NCBI GenBank assembly: GCA_963697675.1
Contig: CAVOOW010000003.1
Location: forward strand, 267,562 to 331,561
Source: an uncultured Actinomycetota bacterium
Lineage (GTDB): Bacteria; Actinomycetota; Actinomycetes; JACCUZ01
Direction of reading: 5' to 3'
Length of the DNA stretch: 64,000 nucleotides
Positions 55,027-64,000 of the stretch are shown here, in pieces. The notes below the pieces were generated by a model. It had not been told where the DNA came from and ran no database searches. It saw nothing but the letters and a program-made list of their open reading frames with translations. Each line of letters opens with the position of its first letter. The stretch's first letter is position 1. The position numbers and the translations under genes are program-made.

Positions 55027-57423
55027 TCAGCCCCGCACGAGCAGGGCCACCGGCAGCACGGCCAGCACCGTGGCAAGCGGGAGAGCACCGCCGTCGTACG
55101 CCGTGCCCGTGAGCAGGTCGCGCCACTGCCCGGCGGGCAGCGCCAGGGTCTCGCCGTCCCAGCCCGCCGACCGGGCGGTCAGCCGGGACACCACGGTCAC
55201 CACCGAGTCGGCGCGGGCGAAGGCGACCGCGCGGGGCGTCGTGGTCGGGATTTCGGCGTACGACGACGCGGCCGCGAACCACTCGGGATGGTCCCGGCGC
55301 AGGCGCAACGCGCGGGAGACGACCAGCAGCTTCTCGTCGGACAGGTCTGCCGGACCACTGCCGGCGTCGAGACGTTCCAGTCGTGCGCGCCGGTCGGAGA
55401 AGTCGACCTCGCGCCGGTTGTCGGGGTCGACCAGCGACAGGTCGACGAGGTCGCAGCCCTGGTAGACGTCGGGGACGCCGGGCATGGTGAGGGCGACCAG
55501 CTTCTGCCCGAGCACGTTGGCGCGCACGACCGGCTCGATCGACGCGACGAACTCGGCCACCGAGTCGAGCACGTCGCCGTCCTGGAGCAGCCGCTGCGCG
55601 AAGTCGCGGACCGCGTCGTCGTACGCCTCGTTGGGCTCGGTCCACGTCGTGTGCAGCTTGGCCTCGCGGGTCGCCTTCTCGAGATAGGCGATCAGCCGTG
55701 GCGCGGACAGCGGCCACACGCCGACAAGCGTCTGCCAGATGAGATATTCGGTGTTCGCGTCGAGCAACGGCGGGCGGTAGGGCGCCGTGGCGGCGCGCCA
55801 CCCGGAGACGGCGCGACCCCAGCGGTCGGGCACCTCGGACAGGGCGAACAGCCGGGCGCGGACGTCCTCGGAGCGTTTCGTGTCGTGGGTCGACAGGGTG
55901 GTCATCGCCTCGGGCCAGTCGCGCTGGGCGCGTTCGCACCAGGCATGCAGCTCATCGGGCGTCACGCCGAGATGCCTGGGGTCGCCGCCGACCTCGTTGA
56001 GCGCGGTGAGCCGCAGCCACCGGTAGAACGCGGTGTCCTCCACGCCCTTGGCCATCACCGGGCCGCAGGTCTGCTGGAAGCGCACGACGAACTCGTCGCG
56101 GTGCGGCCCGCGGCCGCCCTCGCCGAGCGCGAGGGCGGCGACCAGGTCGAGCGTGTCGTGCCGCTCCTCGGGCAGCAGCTGCACGCGCCACCTCGACGGC
56201 GGACCCGAGGATCTGCCGGGCGGACTCGGGAGCGGGCTCGCCGGGCACGACGTAGGCCCGGTAGACGGGGAACGCGACCAGCAGCTCGACGAGCGACTCG
56301 CGCAACCCGCGGCGGGTGTGGTCGCGCAGCTCGAGGTGCGAGTGGCAGATGGCGGCGGCGAGGTCGACGAGCCGTTGAACCTCCGCGGCCAGGCCGTGCT
56401 CGACGACCCAGCGCTTGGCCTCTTCCACGACCGGCGCGAAGTCTGTCGGCTCACCGGTCAGCGCCGCGTAGAGGGCGCCGAGCGGCTCGGCGCCGGCGGG
56501 GTCGACGAACAGCCCGCCGGCCCGCAGCAACGCGTCGTACCCCGTCGTGCCCGCGCACGGCCAGTCGTCGGGCAACCACTCGTCACCCTCGAGGATCTTC
56601 TCGACGACGACCCACGCCCCGCTGGTCGCGGTGTGCAGCTGCCGGATGTAGTCGCGCGGCGTCCGCCAGCCCGTCGGGATGGTCGATGCGCAGCCCGTCG
56701 ATGCGACCCTCGGCGACGAGCGCGAGCAGCACGGCGTGGGTCTCGGCGAAGACCTGCGCGTCCTCGACCCGGATCGCGACCAGCGTGTCGATGTCGAAGA
56801 AGCGCCGGTAGTTGAGCTCCTCGTCGCCGACCCGCCAGTGCGCGAGCCGGTAGAACTGCCGGTCGAGCAAGGCTTCCAGCGGCAGGTCGGCGGTGCCCGG
56901 GCGCACCGGGAAGACCTTGTCCGCATAGCGCACCACGGGCTCGGTCCCGGTGCGGTCGATGGTGATCTCGCCGTCGGCCACGCACTGGCCGATGCGCCGG
57001 CCGAGCACGGGCATCAGGATGGCGCGCTCCTGCGCCGCCCAGTCGACGTCGAACCAGTGGGCGTACGACGCCGCGGGCCCGTCCCTCAGCACGGACCACA
57101 GCGCCGCGTTGAGCGAGACCGGTGTGGGCACCGCCATGTGGTTGGGCACGACGTCGACCACGACGCCGAGGCCGAGCGCGGCGGCGGCGTCGGAGAACCG
57201 CCGGAACCCTTCCGCGCCGCCGAGATCGGCGGACAGGTGGTCGTGGTCGACGACGTCGTAGCCGTGCTCCGATCCCGGCTGGGCCTGCAGGATCGGGCGA
57301 CAGGTAGGCGTGCGTGATGCCGAGGTCGCGCAGGTAGGGCAGCACGGCGGTGGCCTCGTCGAACCCGAACGACGGGCGCAGCTGGAGGCGGTAGGTCGAG
57401 CCCGGCGCGCGCCGCGTCGTCAT
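55027..57423 (-). pseudogene. treY: malto-oligosyltrehalose synthase TreY, at least three frameshifts
   Basis: Four frame pieces carry consecutive TreY segments: N-terminal YRLQLRPSFGFDEA; then VVDVVPNHMAV; then the middle region; and the C-terminal LSTHDTKRSEDVRARL. Confidence 0.8.
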
Positions 57424-57456
57424 CGCGGCGCTCTCGGAATCACTGTGCTCGCAAGG

Positions 57457-59590
57457 TCAGTGGACCCTGCGCAGCACGAGGATCGACCGAGCCTCGACGG
57501 TCAGGGTCTCCCCGGCCTTCGTCGAGGGCCGGTCGTCGACGAGCGGCGCTGCGGTGTCGAGCACCACCTCCCAGCGTTCGCCGTACTTCTCCCGCGGGAT
57601 GGTGAAGTTCATGTCCTCGCTGTGTGCGTGGAAGAGCATCAGGAACGAGTCGTCCCTGATGACGTGAGCCGCGCTTGTCCGGCTCGGCGATGGCGTCACC
57701 GTTGAGGAACACGGTGACCGAACGTGCGTACCCGCTCTGCCAGTCGCTCTCGCTCATGTGTTCCCCGGCCGGCGTGAACCAGGCGATGTCACCGAGCTCG
57801 CTCTCCGAGCCACGTGTCGGGTCGCCCTGGAAGAAGCGACGGCGGCGGAACACCGGGTGCTCCCGCCGAAGTCTCGACACCCGGGCGACGAACTCGGTCG
57901 TGGCCCAGTTGTCCCGTGCGTCGGCCCAGTCGATCCACGCGATCGGGTTGTCCTGGCAGTAGACGTTGTTGTTGCCGCCTTGCGTGCGGCCCAGCTCGTC
58001 GCCGTGCAGCAGCATCGGGACGCCCTGCGACAGGAACAGCGTCGTGAGCATGTTGCGCTTCTGCCGTTCCCGCAGCGTCAGCACCTCGAGGTCCTCGGTG
58101 GGGCCCTCGACGCCGCAGTTCCACGAGCGGTTGTGGCTCTCGCCGTCGTTGTTGCCCTCGCCGTTGGCGTCGTTGTGCTTCTGGTTGTACGAGACGAGGT
58201 CGTTCAACGTGAAGCCGTCGTGGGCTGTCACGAAGTTGACCGATGCGATCGGTCGCCGCCCGTCCTCCTGGTAGAGGTCGGCAGAGCCGGTGAGTCGTGA
58301 CGCGAACTCCGGCAGTGCGGACGGCTCGCCGCGCCAGAAGTCTCGTACGGTGTCACGGTATTTGCCGTTCCACTCGGTCCACAACGGCGGGAAGTTCCCG
58401 ACCTGGTAGCCGCCCTCGCCGACGTCCCATGGCTCGGCGATCAGCTTGACCTGGGAGATGACGGGGTCCTGCTGCACCAGGTCGAAGAACGCCGAGAGCC
58501 GGTCGACCTCGTGGAACTGGCGGGCCAGTGTCGAGGCGAGGTCGAAGCGGAACCCGTCGACGTGCATCTCGAGCACCCAGTAGCGCAGCGAGTCCATGAT
58601 GAGCTGCAGCACGTGGGGGTGGCGCATCAGCAGGGTGTTGCCCGTGCCGGTGGTGTCGTAGTAGTGCTCGAGGTTGCCCTCGACGAGCCGGTAGTAGGCC
58701 TGGTTGTCGATGCCGCGGAAGGACAGCGTCGGGCCCATCTCGTTGCCCTCGGCGGTGTGGTTGTAGACGACGTCGAGGATGACCTCGATGCCGGCGGCGT
58801 GCAGCTCGCGCACCATCGCCTTGAACTCGAGCACCTGCTGGCCGCGCTGGCCGCTGCCGGAGTAGGCGTTGTGCGGGGCGAGGAAACCGATGGTGTTGTA
58901 GCCCCAGTAGTTGGTCAGGCCGCGTTGCACGAGGTGGTGGTCCTGCACGAACTCGTGCACGGGCATCAGCTCGATGGCCGTGATGCCGAGCTTGTGCAGG
59001 TGCGCGATGATCGCCGGGTGGGCGATGCCCGCGTAGGTGCCGCGGATCTCCGGCGGCAGGTCGGGGTGGGTCATCGTGAGGCCGCGTACGTGGGCCTCGT
59101 AGATCACGGTCTCGTGGTAGGGCGTGTTCGGGTTGCGGTCGTTCTGCCAGTCGAAGAACGGGTTGATGACGACCGACTTGGGCGCCTGGCGCCCGGAGTC
59201 GAGCTGGTTGATGCGCCCTTCCGCGGCAAAGCGATAGTCGAACAGCGACTCCGCCCAGTCGACCTGGCCCTCGACCGCCTTGGCGTAGGGATCGAGCAGC
59301 AGCTTGGACGGGTTGCAGCGCAGCCCGCGGCTGGGGTCGCGCGGGCCGTGCACCCGGAAGCCGTAGCGCTGGCCCGGCCCGATGCGCGGCAGGTAGCCGT
59401 GCCAGACGAACCCGTCGGTCTCGGGCAGCTCGACGCGGGTCTCGGACAAGCGGCGGCTGCCCTTGCCGCCGGCGTTGTCGAACAAGCACAGCTCGACGCG
59501 GTCCGCCACCTCCGAGAACACGGCGAAGTTGGTGCCCGCCCCGTCGAAGGTCGCGCCAAGCGGATAAGCCGTCCCTGGCCAGATCTCCAT
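57457..59590 (-). pseudogene. glgX: glycogen debranching enzyme GlgX/TreX, frameshifted near 57690
   Basis: GH13 isoamylase-type motifs throughout. The last 80 aa (…[20 protein letters not shown]…) are in another frame. Confidence 0.8.
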
Positions 59591-59740
59591 GCGGTCATTC
59601 TTCCGGATCATGACGCCCGCACCCTTCGCCGGGGTCGGTTTGGAAGCCGCTCATGACTGCCGAACACCTATTCGAGGATCGGGAGTCGCGGGTCAGGCGG
59701 ACCCGGCCTGCAGCGACGCGCCTTGGACCCGATGAGGCGG

Positions 59741-61016
59741 TCAGGCGGGGGTGAGGCCGGGCATCGGGAAGCCGCGGGCGAACTCGTGGACCTCGGCAGC
59801 CACCTTCTCGACCGCTGCTTCGTCGCCGGCCTTCTCCGCCTCGACGACCTGCTCGATCCAGGCGGCCACCCGGTCCATGTCCAGCGGGCCCATGCCGCGC
59901 GAGGTGACCGCCGCGGTGCCGATGCGCACCCCCGACGGGTCGAACGGCTTGCGCGGGTCGAACGGCACCGTGTTGTAGTTGAGCTCGATGCCGGCCCGGT
60001 CGAGCGCCTTGGCTGCCTGCTTGCCGGGGATGTGCTTGTTCTCGAGGTCGACGAGCAGCAGGTGGTTGTCCGTGCCGCCGGACACGAGGTCGAACCCGCG
60101 CGAGGTCAGGCCGGTCGCCAGCGCGGCAGCGTTCTCGACGATGGCCTGCGGCATAGCGGCGGAAGTCGTCGGTCGATGCCTCGCGCAGCGCGACGGCGAT
60201 CGCGGCGGTGGTGTGGTTGTGCGGCCCGCCCTGCAGGCCGGGGAAGATCGCCTTGTCCAGCGCCTTCGCATGTTCGGCGGTGCTCATGATCATCGCGCCG
60301 CGAGGGCCGCGCAGCGTCTTGTGCGTCGTCGTCGTGATGACGTCGGCGTGCCCGACCGGCGAGGGATGGGCGCCACCGGCGACCAGTCCCGCGATGTGCG
60401 CGATGTCGGCGACCAGGACCGCGCCGATCTCGCGGGCGATCTCCGCGAAGGCCGGGAAGTCGATGGTGCGCGGGATGGCGGTGCCACCGCAGAAGATCAC
60501 CTTCGGCCGCTCGGCGAGAGCCAGGTCGCGGACGTCGTTCATGTCGACCCGCCCGGTCTCCTTGCGCACGCCGTACTGCACAGCGCGGAACCACTTGCCG
60601 GTCGCGGAGACGCTCCAGCCGTGCGTGAGGTGGCCGCCCGCGGGGAGCGCCATGCCCATGACGGTCTCGCCGGGGGCCAGGAAGGCCAGGTAGACGGCGA
60701 GGTTGGCGGGCGAGCCGGAGTAGGGCTGCACGTTGGCGTGCTCGACGCCGAACAGGGCCTTGGCGCGCTCGATCGCCAGCGTCTCGACCTGGTCGATGAC
60801 CTGCTGGCCCTCGTAATAGCGCTTGCCCGGATAGCCCTCGGAGTACTTGTTGGTCAGCACCGTCCCCGTGGCCTCGAGGACCGCCGCCGACACGTAGTTC
60901 TCCGACGCGATCAGCCGCACCGTGTCGCGCTGCCGGGTGTTCTCGGCGGCGACCAGGTCGGCGATCTCAGGATCGGTGGTGCGCAGGTCCGGGTCGGTGG
61001 GCTGGGACATGCTCAC
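59741..61016 (-). pseudogene. glyA: serine hydroxymethyltransferase GlyA, frameshifted near 60155
   Basis: The N-terminal 290 aa (PLP lysine region [13 protein letters not shown]) are in one frame and the C-terminal 140 aa (…[14 protein letters not shown]…) in another. Confidence 0.8.
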
Positions 61017-61101
61017 TCCAGGTGGGTCCGGGGATGCGTCCGGCTCTGACGCTGGTGGATGGTGCGCCGGCAGGGCCAGGTTAGCGTCGCGAGCGGCCAG
61101 G

Positions 61102-61824
61102 CTATCGACGCGACTGGCTCGAGCCGACCGCGAGGCGCGCGCAGGCGTCGTCGTACCTCTCGAGAACGACGGCCGCGACCTCGGGCGCGTCGCCGAGCGG
61201 CGCGCTCACCAGGTCAGCTCCGGCGTCACGCAGGCTGTCCGCGAACAGCCCGGGGGAGAGCAGGTAGGACGCCACGACCACCCGCGGGGCGCCTCGCCGT
61301 CGCAGTGCCGACACGGCGTCGGCGGGTGTCGGTGCGGCCGCGGACGCGTAGGCGGGCAGGACGTCCCACCAGCCCGCGCCCGCCCAGCTGCGCGCGACGG
61401 CCGCGACCGACGCGACGGCGGCGGGGTCGCTCGACCCGGCGGCTGCGAGCACGATCGCCGTGTCGCCGTCGCCGACCGGCACGCCTGCCTCGGCCAGCCG
61501 GCGGCCCAGCGCGCGCAGCAGCAACGGGTGCGGCCCGAGCGCGGCCGCCTGCTCGACAGGGACAGGCGAGGCCGCCAGCTGCTGCGGGAGATCGACGCCG
61601 GTGTGGAAGGCGGCGGTGAGCAGCAGGGGTACGACGACGGCGGTCCCGTCGAGCGCCCGCACAGCGTCGCGCAGCAGCGGCTCGGTGTGGTCGAGGTAGC
61701 AGCCGACTGCATGCAGGCCGGGACGCTGCCGATGGACCTCGGCCAGGAGTGATTCGACGGTCTCGCGCGCGGCAGGATTGCGGCTGCCGTGCGCGACCGC
61801 GAGCAGCGTGGGCGCGGTCATCGG
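61102..61824 (-). CDS. sirohydrochlorin chelatase (CbiX/SirB family)
   Basis: Two CbiX half-domains ([10 protein letters not shown]…; …[10 protein letters not shown]…). Confidence 0.75.
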   Translation of the reverse strand, partial: PMTAPTLLAVAHGSRNPAARETVESLLAEVHRQRPGLHAVGCYLDHTEPLLRDAVRALDGTAVVVPLLLTAAFHTGVDLPQQLAASPVPVEQAAALGPHPLLLRALGRRLAEAGVPVGDGDTAIVLAAAGSSDPAAVASVAAVARSWAGAGWWDVLPAYASAAAPTPADAVSALRRRGAPRVVVASYLLSPGLFADSLRDAGADLVSAPLGDAPEVAAVVLERYDDACARLAVGSSQSRR

Positions 61825-61828
61825 CGTT

Positions 61829-63022
61829 TCATCCGAGCACCGCGTGCAGGTCGACGACGTCGCCGATGACGACAACGGCAGGAGGTTGCACGTCCCGTTC
61901 GCGGGCGAGGTCGGCGATCGTCGCGAGCGTGCCCGTGGTGGTGCGCTGGCGGTCGGTGAAGCCGGACTCGATCACCGCTGCTGGCGTGCTTGCGGCCTTG
62001 CCGTGCTCGATGAGCGCGGCCGTGGCGGCGCCGAGGGTGCTGACACCCATGAGCAGTACGAGGGTGCCGTCGAGGCCGGCCAGCGACGCCCAGTCGAGCC
62101 CTTCGTGGCCGGACGCGATCGTGACCTGTCGGGCGAGGCCTCGATGCGTCACCGGGATGCCTGCGGCGGCGGGGACCGCGACGGCGCTGGTGACGCCGGG
62201 CACGACCTCGACGGTGACACCGGCGGCGACGCAGGCAAGGGCCTCCTCGCCGCCGCGGCCGAGCACGAAGGGGTCGCCGCCCTTGAGGCGCACGACCCGG
62301 CGGCCGTCGAGCGCGTGCTCGACGAGCAGCCGGTTGATCTCCTCCTGCGGCAGCGGGTGGTGCCCTGCCGTCTTGCCGACGTCGATGACGACGACCGACG
62401 GGTCGAGCTCGTCGAGCAGCGCGCGCGGGGCAAGCCGGTCGACCAGCACGATGTCGGCCTCGGCGAGCAGTCGGCGGCCGCGGGTCGTGACCAGGCCGGG
62501 ATCGCCGGGGCCGCCACCGACCAGGGCGACGGAGCCGGTGGTCGCGGGCCGGTGCGGGCGCAGCGGCAGCTCCCCGGCGTCCAGGGCTAGCGAGATCGCG
62601 TCGCGAAGAGTGGTTGCGCGCCGCGGGTCGCCGCCCGCGGTGACCGCGACAGTGACCTCGCCGGCGCGCGTCACGGCCGGTGTCCAGGCCGCGGAGCGAG
62701 CAGCATCGTCGGCACGGACGCACCACACGTGCGCTGCCTCGGCGTCAGCGGCGACGAGGTCATCGGTGGCGCGGTCTCCGGTGGCTGTGTGCACGAGCCA
62801 GGCCCCGTCGAGGTCGCCCGTGAGGTAGTCGCGTGCCTGCCATGTGACGCGGCCGTCCTGCGCGAAGTCGGAGAGGTCCTCACACACGGAGGGCGCGACG
62901 ACGTACACCTGAGCCTTGGCAGTGACCAGCGCTCGCGCGCGACGAGCAGCCACCGGCCCGCCGCCGACGACGACGACCCGGCGGCCGGCGACGTCGAGCG
63001 TGAGCGGGTAGGAGGGTGGCAC
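61829..63022 (-). CDS. siroheme-synthase-like bifunctional precorrin-2 dehydrogenase / uroporphyrinogen-III C-methyltransferase
   Basis: An N-terminal NAD-binding VVVVGGGPVAARRARAL and a C-terminal SUMT VALVGGGPGDPGLVT…; 397 aa and intact. Confidence 0.85.
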   Translation of the reverse strand: MPPSYPLTLDVAGRRVVVVGGGPVAARRARALVTAKAQVYVVAPSVCEDLSDFAQDGRVTWQARDYLTGDLDGAWLVHTATGDRATDDLVAADAEAAHVWCVRADDAARSAAWTPAVTRAGEVTVAVTAGGDPRRATTLRDAISLALDAGELPLRPHRPATTGSVALVGGGPGDPGLVTTRGRRLLAEADIVLVDRLAPRALLDELDPSVVVIDVGKTAGHHPLPQEEINRLLVEHALDGRRVVRLKGGDPFVLGRGGEEALACVAAGVTVEVVPGVTSAVAVPAAAGIPVTHRGLARQVTIASGHEGLDWASLAGLDGTLVLLMGVSTLGAATAALIEHGKAASTPAAVIESGFTDRQRTTTGTLATIADLARERDVQPPAVVVIGDVVDLHAVLG

Positions 63023-63025
63023 CGG

Positions 63026-63781
63026 TCAGCTCGAGACGAGGTGGATGCCGCACTCGGACTTGCCCGAGCCGGCCCAACGCCCGTCTCGCACGCCTTCGCC
63101 GTCGGACACCCGCCGGGTGCAGGGGAAGCAGCCGATCGAGGCGAAGCCGTCCATCAGCAACGTGTTGACGAGGATGTTGTTCTTCTCGATGTAGGCGTCG
63201 ACGCGGTCCTGTGTCCAGCGGGCGATCGGGTTGATCTTGACCTTGCCGTTGCGCTTGTCCCAGTCGACGACCGGAGTGATCGACCGGGCGAAGGACTCGT
63301 CGCGACGCAGGCCGCTGGCCCAGGCGTCGTAGTCGGCGAGTGCTGCGTCCAGCGGGGCGACCTTGCGGAGCGCGCAGCAGCGGTCGGGGTTGCTCGCGAA
63401 CAGGTCCTGGCCCTCGGTGGCGTCCTGCTGGGCGACGGTCTGGGCGGGCTCGGCGGTCACGATGTTGAGCCGGCCGCGGTAGGTCGCTGCCACGGCGTCG
63501 CGCATGGTCAGCGTCTCGTCGAAGTGATAGCCGGTGTCGAGGAACACGACATCGGTGCCGGGCGCGTTGCGTGCGAACAGGTCGATGAGCACGGCGTCGG
63601 ACATCGACGAGGTCATGGCCAGGCGCGAGCCGAACGTGCGGGCCGCCCACTTGATGATGACCTCGGCGGGTGCCTCTTCGAGCCGCCAGGCGGCCCGGCG
63701 GGCAAGCGCCATGCGGTGCTCGTCGAGCCCGACGGGCTCGGCGACCTCGAAGGGCACCAGGCTGAGCAGTTCGGCGGTCAT
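63026..63781 (-). CDS. cysH: phosphoadenosine-phosphosulfate / adenylyl-sulfate reductase CysH (Fe-S type)
   Basis: CCALRKV and C-terminal SIGCFPCT cysteine motifs. Confidence 0.9.
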   Translation of the reverse strand: MTAELLSLVPFEVAEPVGLDEHRMALARRAAWRLEEAPAEVIIKWAARTFGSRLAMTSSMSDAVLIDLFARNAPGTDVVFLDTGYHFDETLTMRDAVAATYRGRLNIVTAEPAQTVAQQDATEGQDLFASNPDRCCALRKVAPLDAALADYDAWASGLRRDESFARSITPVVDWDKRNGKVKINPIARWTQDRVDAYIEKNNILVNTLLMDGFASIGCFPCTRRVSDGEGVRDGRWAGSGKSECGIHLVSS

Positions 63782-63927
63782 GTCTTCACAACCAATCCGA
63801 CTAGTTTCAGGCTGAACACTCGGGTGCAGGACTGGCAGTGCCAGGCGCCGTGCGCGTCTTCGTGCGGTCGCAGGTCCTCGTCGCCGCAGAACGGGCAGTA
63901 GAAGGGCACCGCTCTCTGCTCACTCAT
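63778..63927 (-). CDS. small (49 aa) zinc-ribbon protein, translationally coupled to cysH
   Basis: My own translation gives MSEQRAVPFYCPFCGDEDLRPHEDAHGAWHCQSCTRVFSLKLVGLVVKT: a CxxC…CxxC arrangement. Its stop overlaps the cysH ATG. Confidence 0.4.
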   Translation of the reverse strand: MSEQRAVPFYCPFCGDEDLRPHEDAHGAWHCQSCTRVFSLKLVGLVVKT

Positions 63928-64000
63928 TTGGGGCCCCCGCGGGATCGTGAGCGCAGCGAGCGACTTCGTGGGGATGACTCATGTCAGGGCCCCCTCGTCT

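Noticed and set aside
61017-61101. ZTP (pfl) riboswitch in the glyA leader
   Set aside because: ZTP riboswitches are common before glyA and folD in actinobacteria, but the 85-nt leader here is mostly the 3' end of cbiX. I could not recognise the conserved pfl core or pseudoknot with any confidence. It needs a covariance-model scan.

Overview
This 64-kb window is a high-GC (~70%) actinobacterial chromosome segment with about 60 tightly packed protein-coding genes. I found no rRNA or tRNA genes, no transposase or integrase, and no CRISPR array. It looks like core chromosome, not an obvious island.

Gene content in order:
- The 3' end of aconitase (acnA), with an APH(3')-type aminoglycoside phosphotransferase translationally coupled directly behind it.
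- A pair of F420-type enzymes (Ddn-like and PPOX-like), a glycogen-debranching-family protein, an AXE1-family esterase, and dxs.
- A soxR gene divergent from an SDR, QueA-like and NUDIX cluster.
- A DUF2975 membrane protein paired with an XRE regulator, preceded by an AT-rich palindrome.
- fadB-fadA and an MFS, methyltransferase and alkD group.
- An efeU-efeO-efeB iron-uptake operon (Tat-dependent Dyp peroxidase) preceded by a clear IdeR/DtxR iron box.
- A block that, from memory, resembles the mycobacterial Rv2674-Rv2683 region (rnd, DUF3000, hemE, hemY, hemQ, PAP2, msrB).
- A stand-alone LigD polymerase-domain protein and an ATP-dependent DNA ligase (NHEJ-type), with no Ku gene in the window.
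- treZ, ppk2, a convergently arranged histidine kinase and LuxR response regulator, and a large GT-C-like membrane protein.
- treY-glgX, glyA, and the siroheme and sulfate-reduction genes cbiX, cysG-like and cysH, plus a small zinc-ribbon ORF.

The most notable non-genic features:
- A 46-bp palindromic REP-like element present three times, once inside a 95-bp tandem duplication.
- An inverted-duplication MITE-like element upstream of hemE carrying four copies of TCGATCATGCA.
- Three tandem repeats: a 20-bp unit after dxs, a 27-bp unit in-frame before hemE, and a 9-bp GTCGCGGAG unit of about 14 copies.

A dominant caveat is that at least 17 genes carry single-base frameshifts, about 20 events in total. 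Several sit at G/C homopolymers, so this is either sequencing indel error or genuine gene decay. I cannot tell which from the sequence alone.
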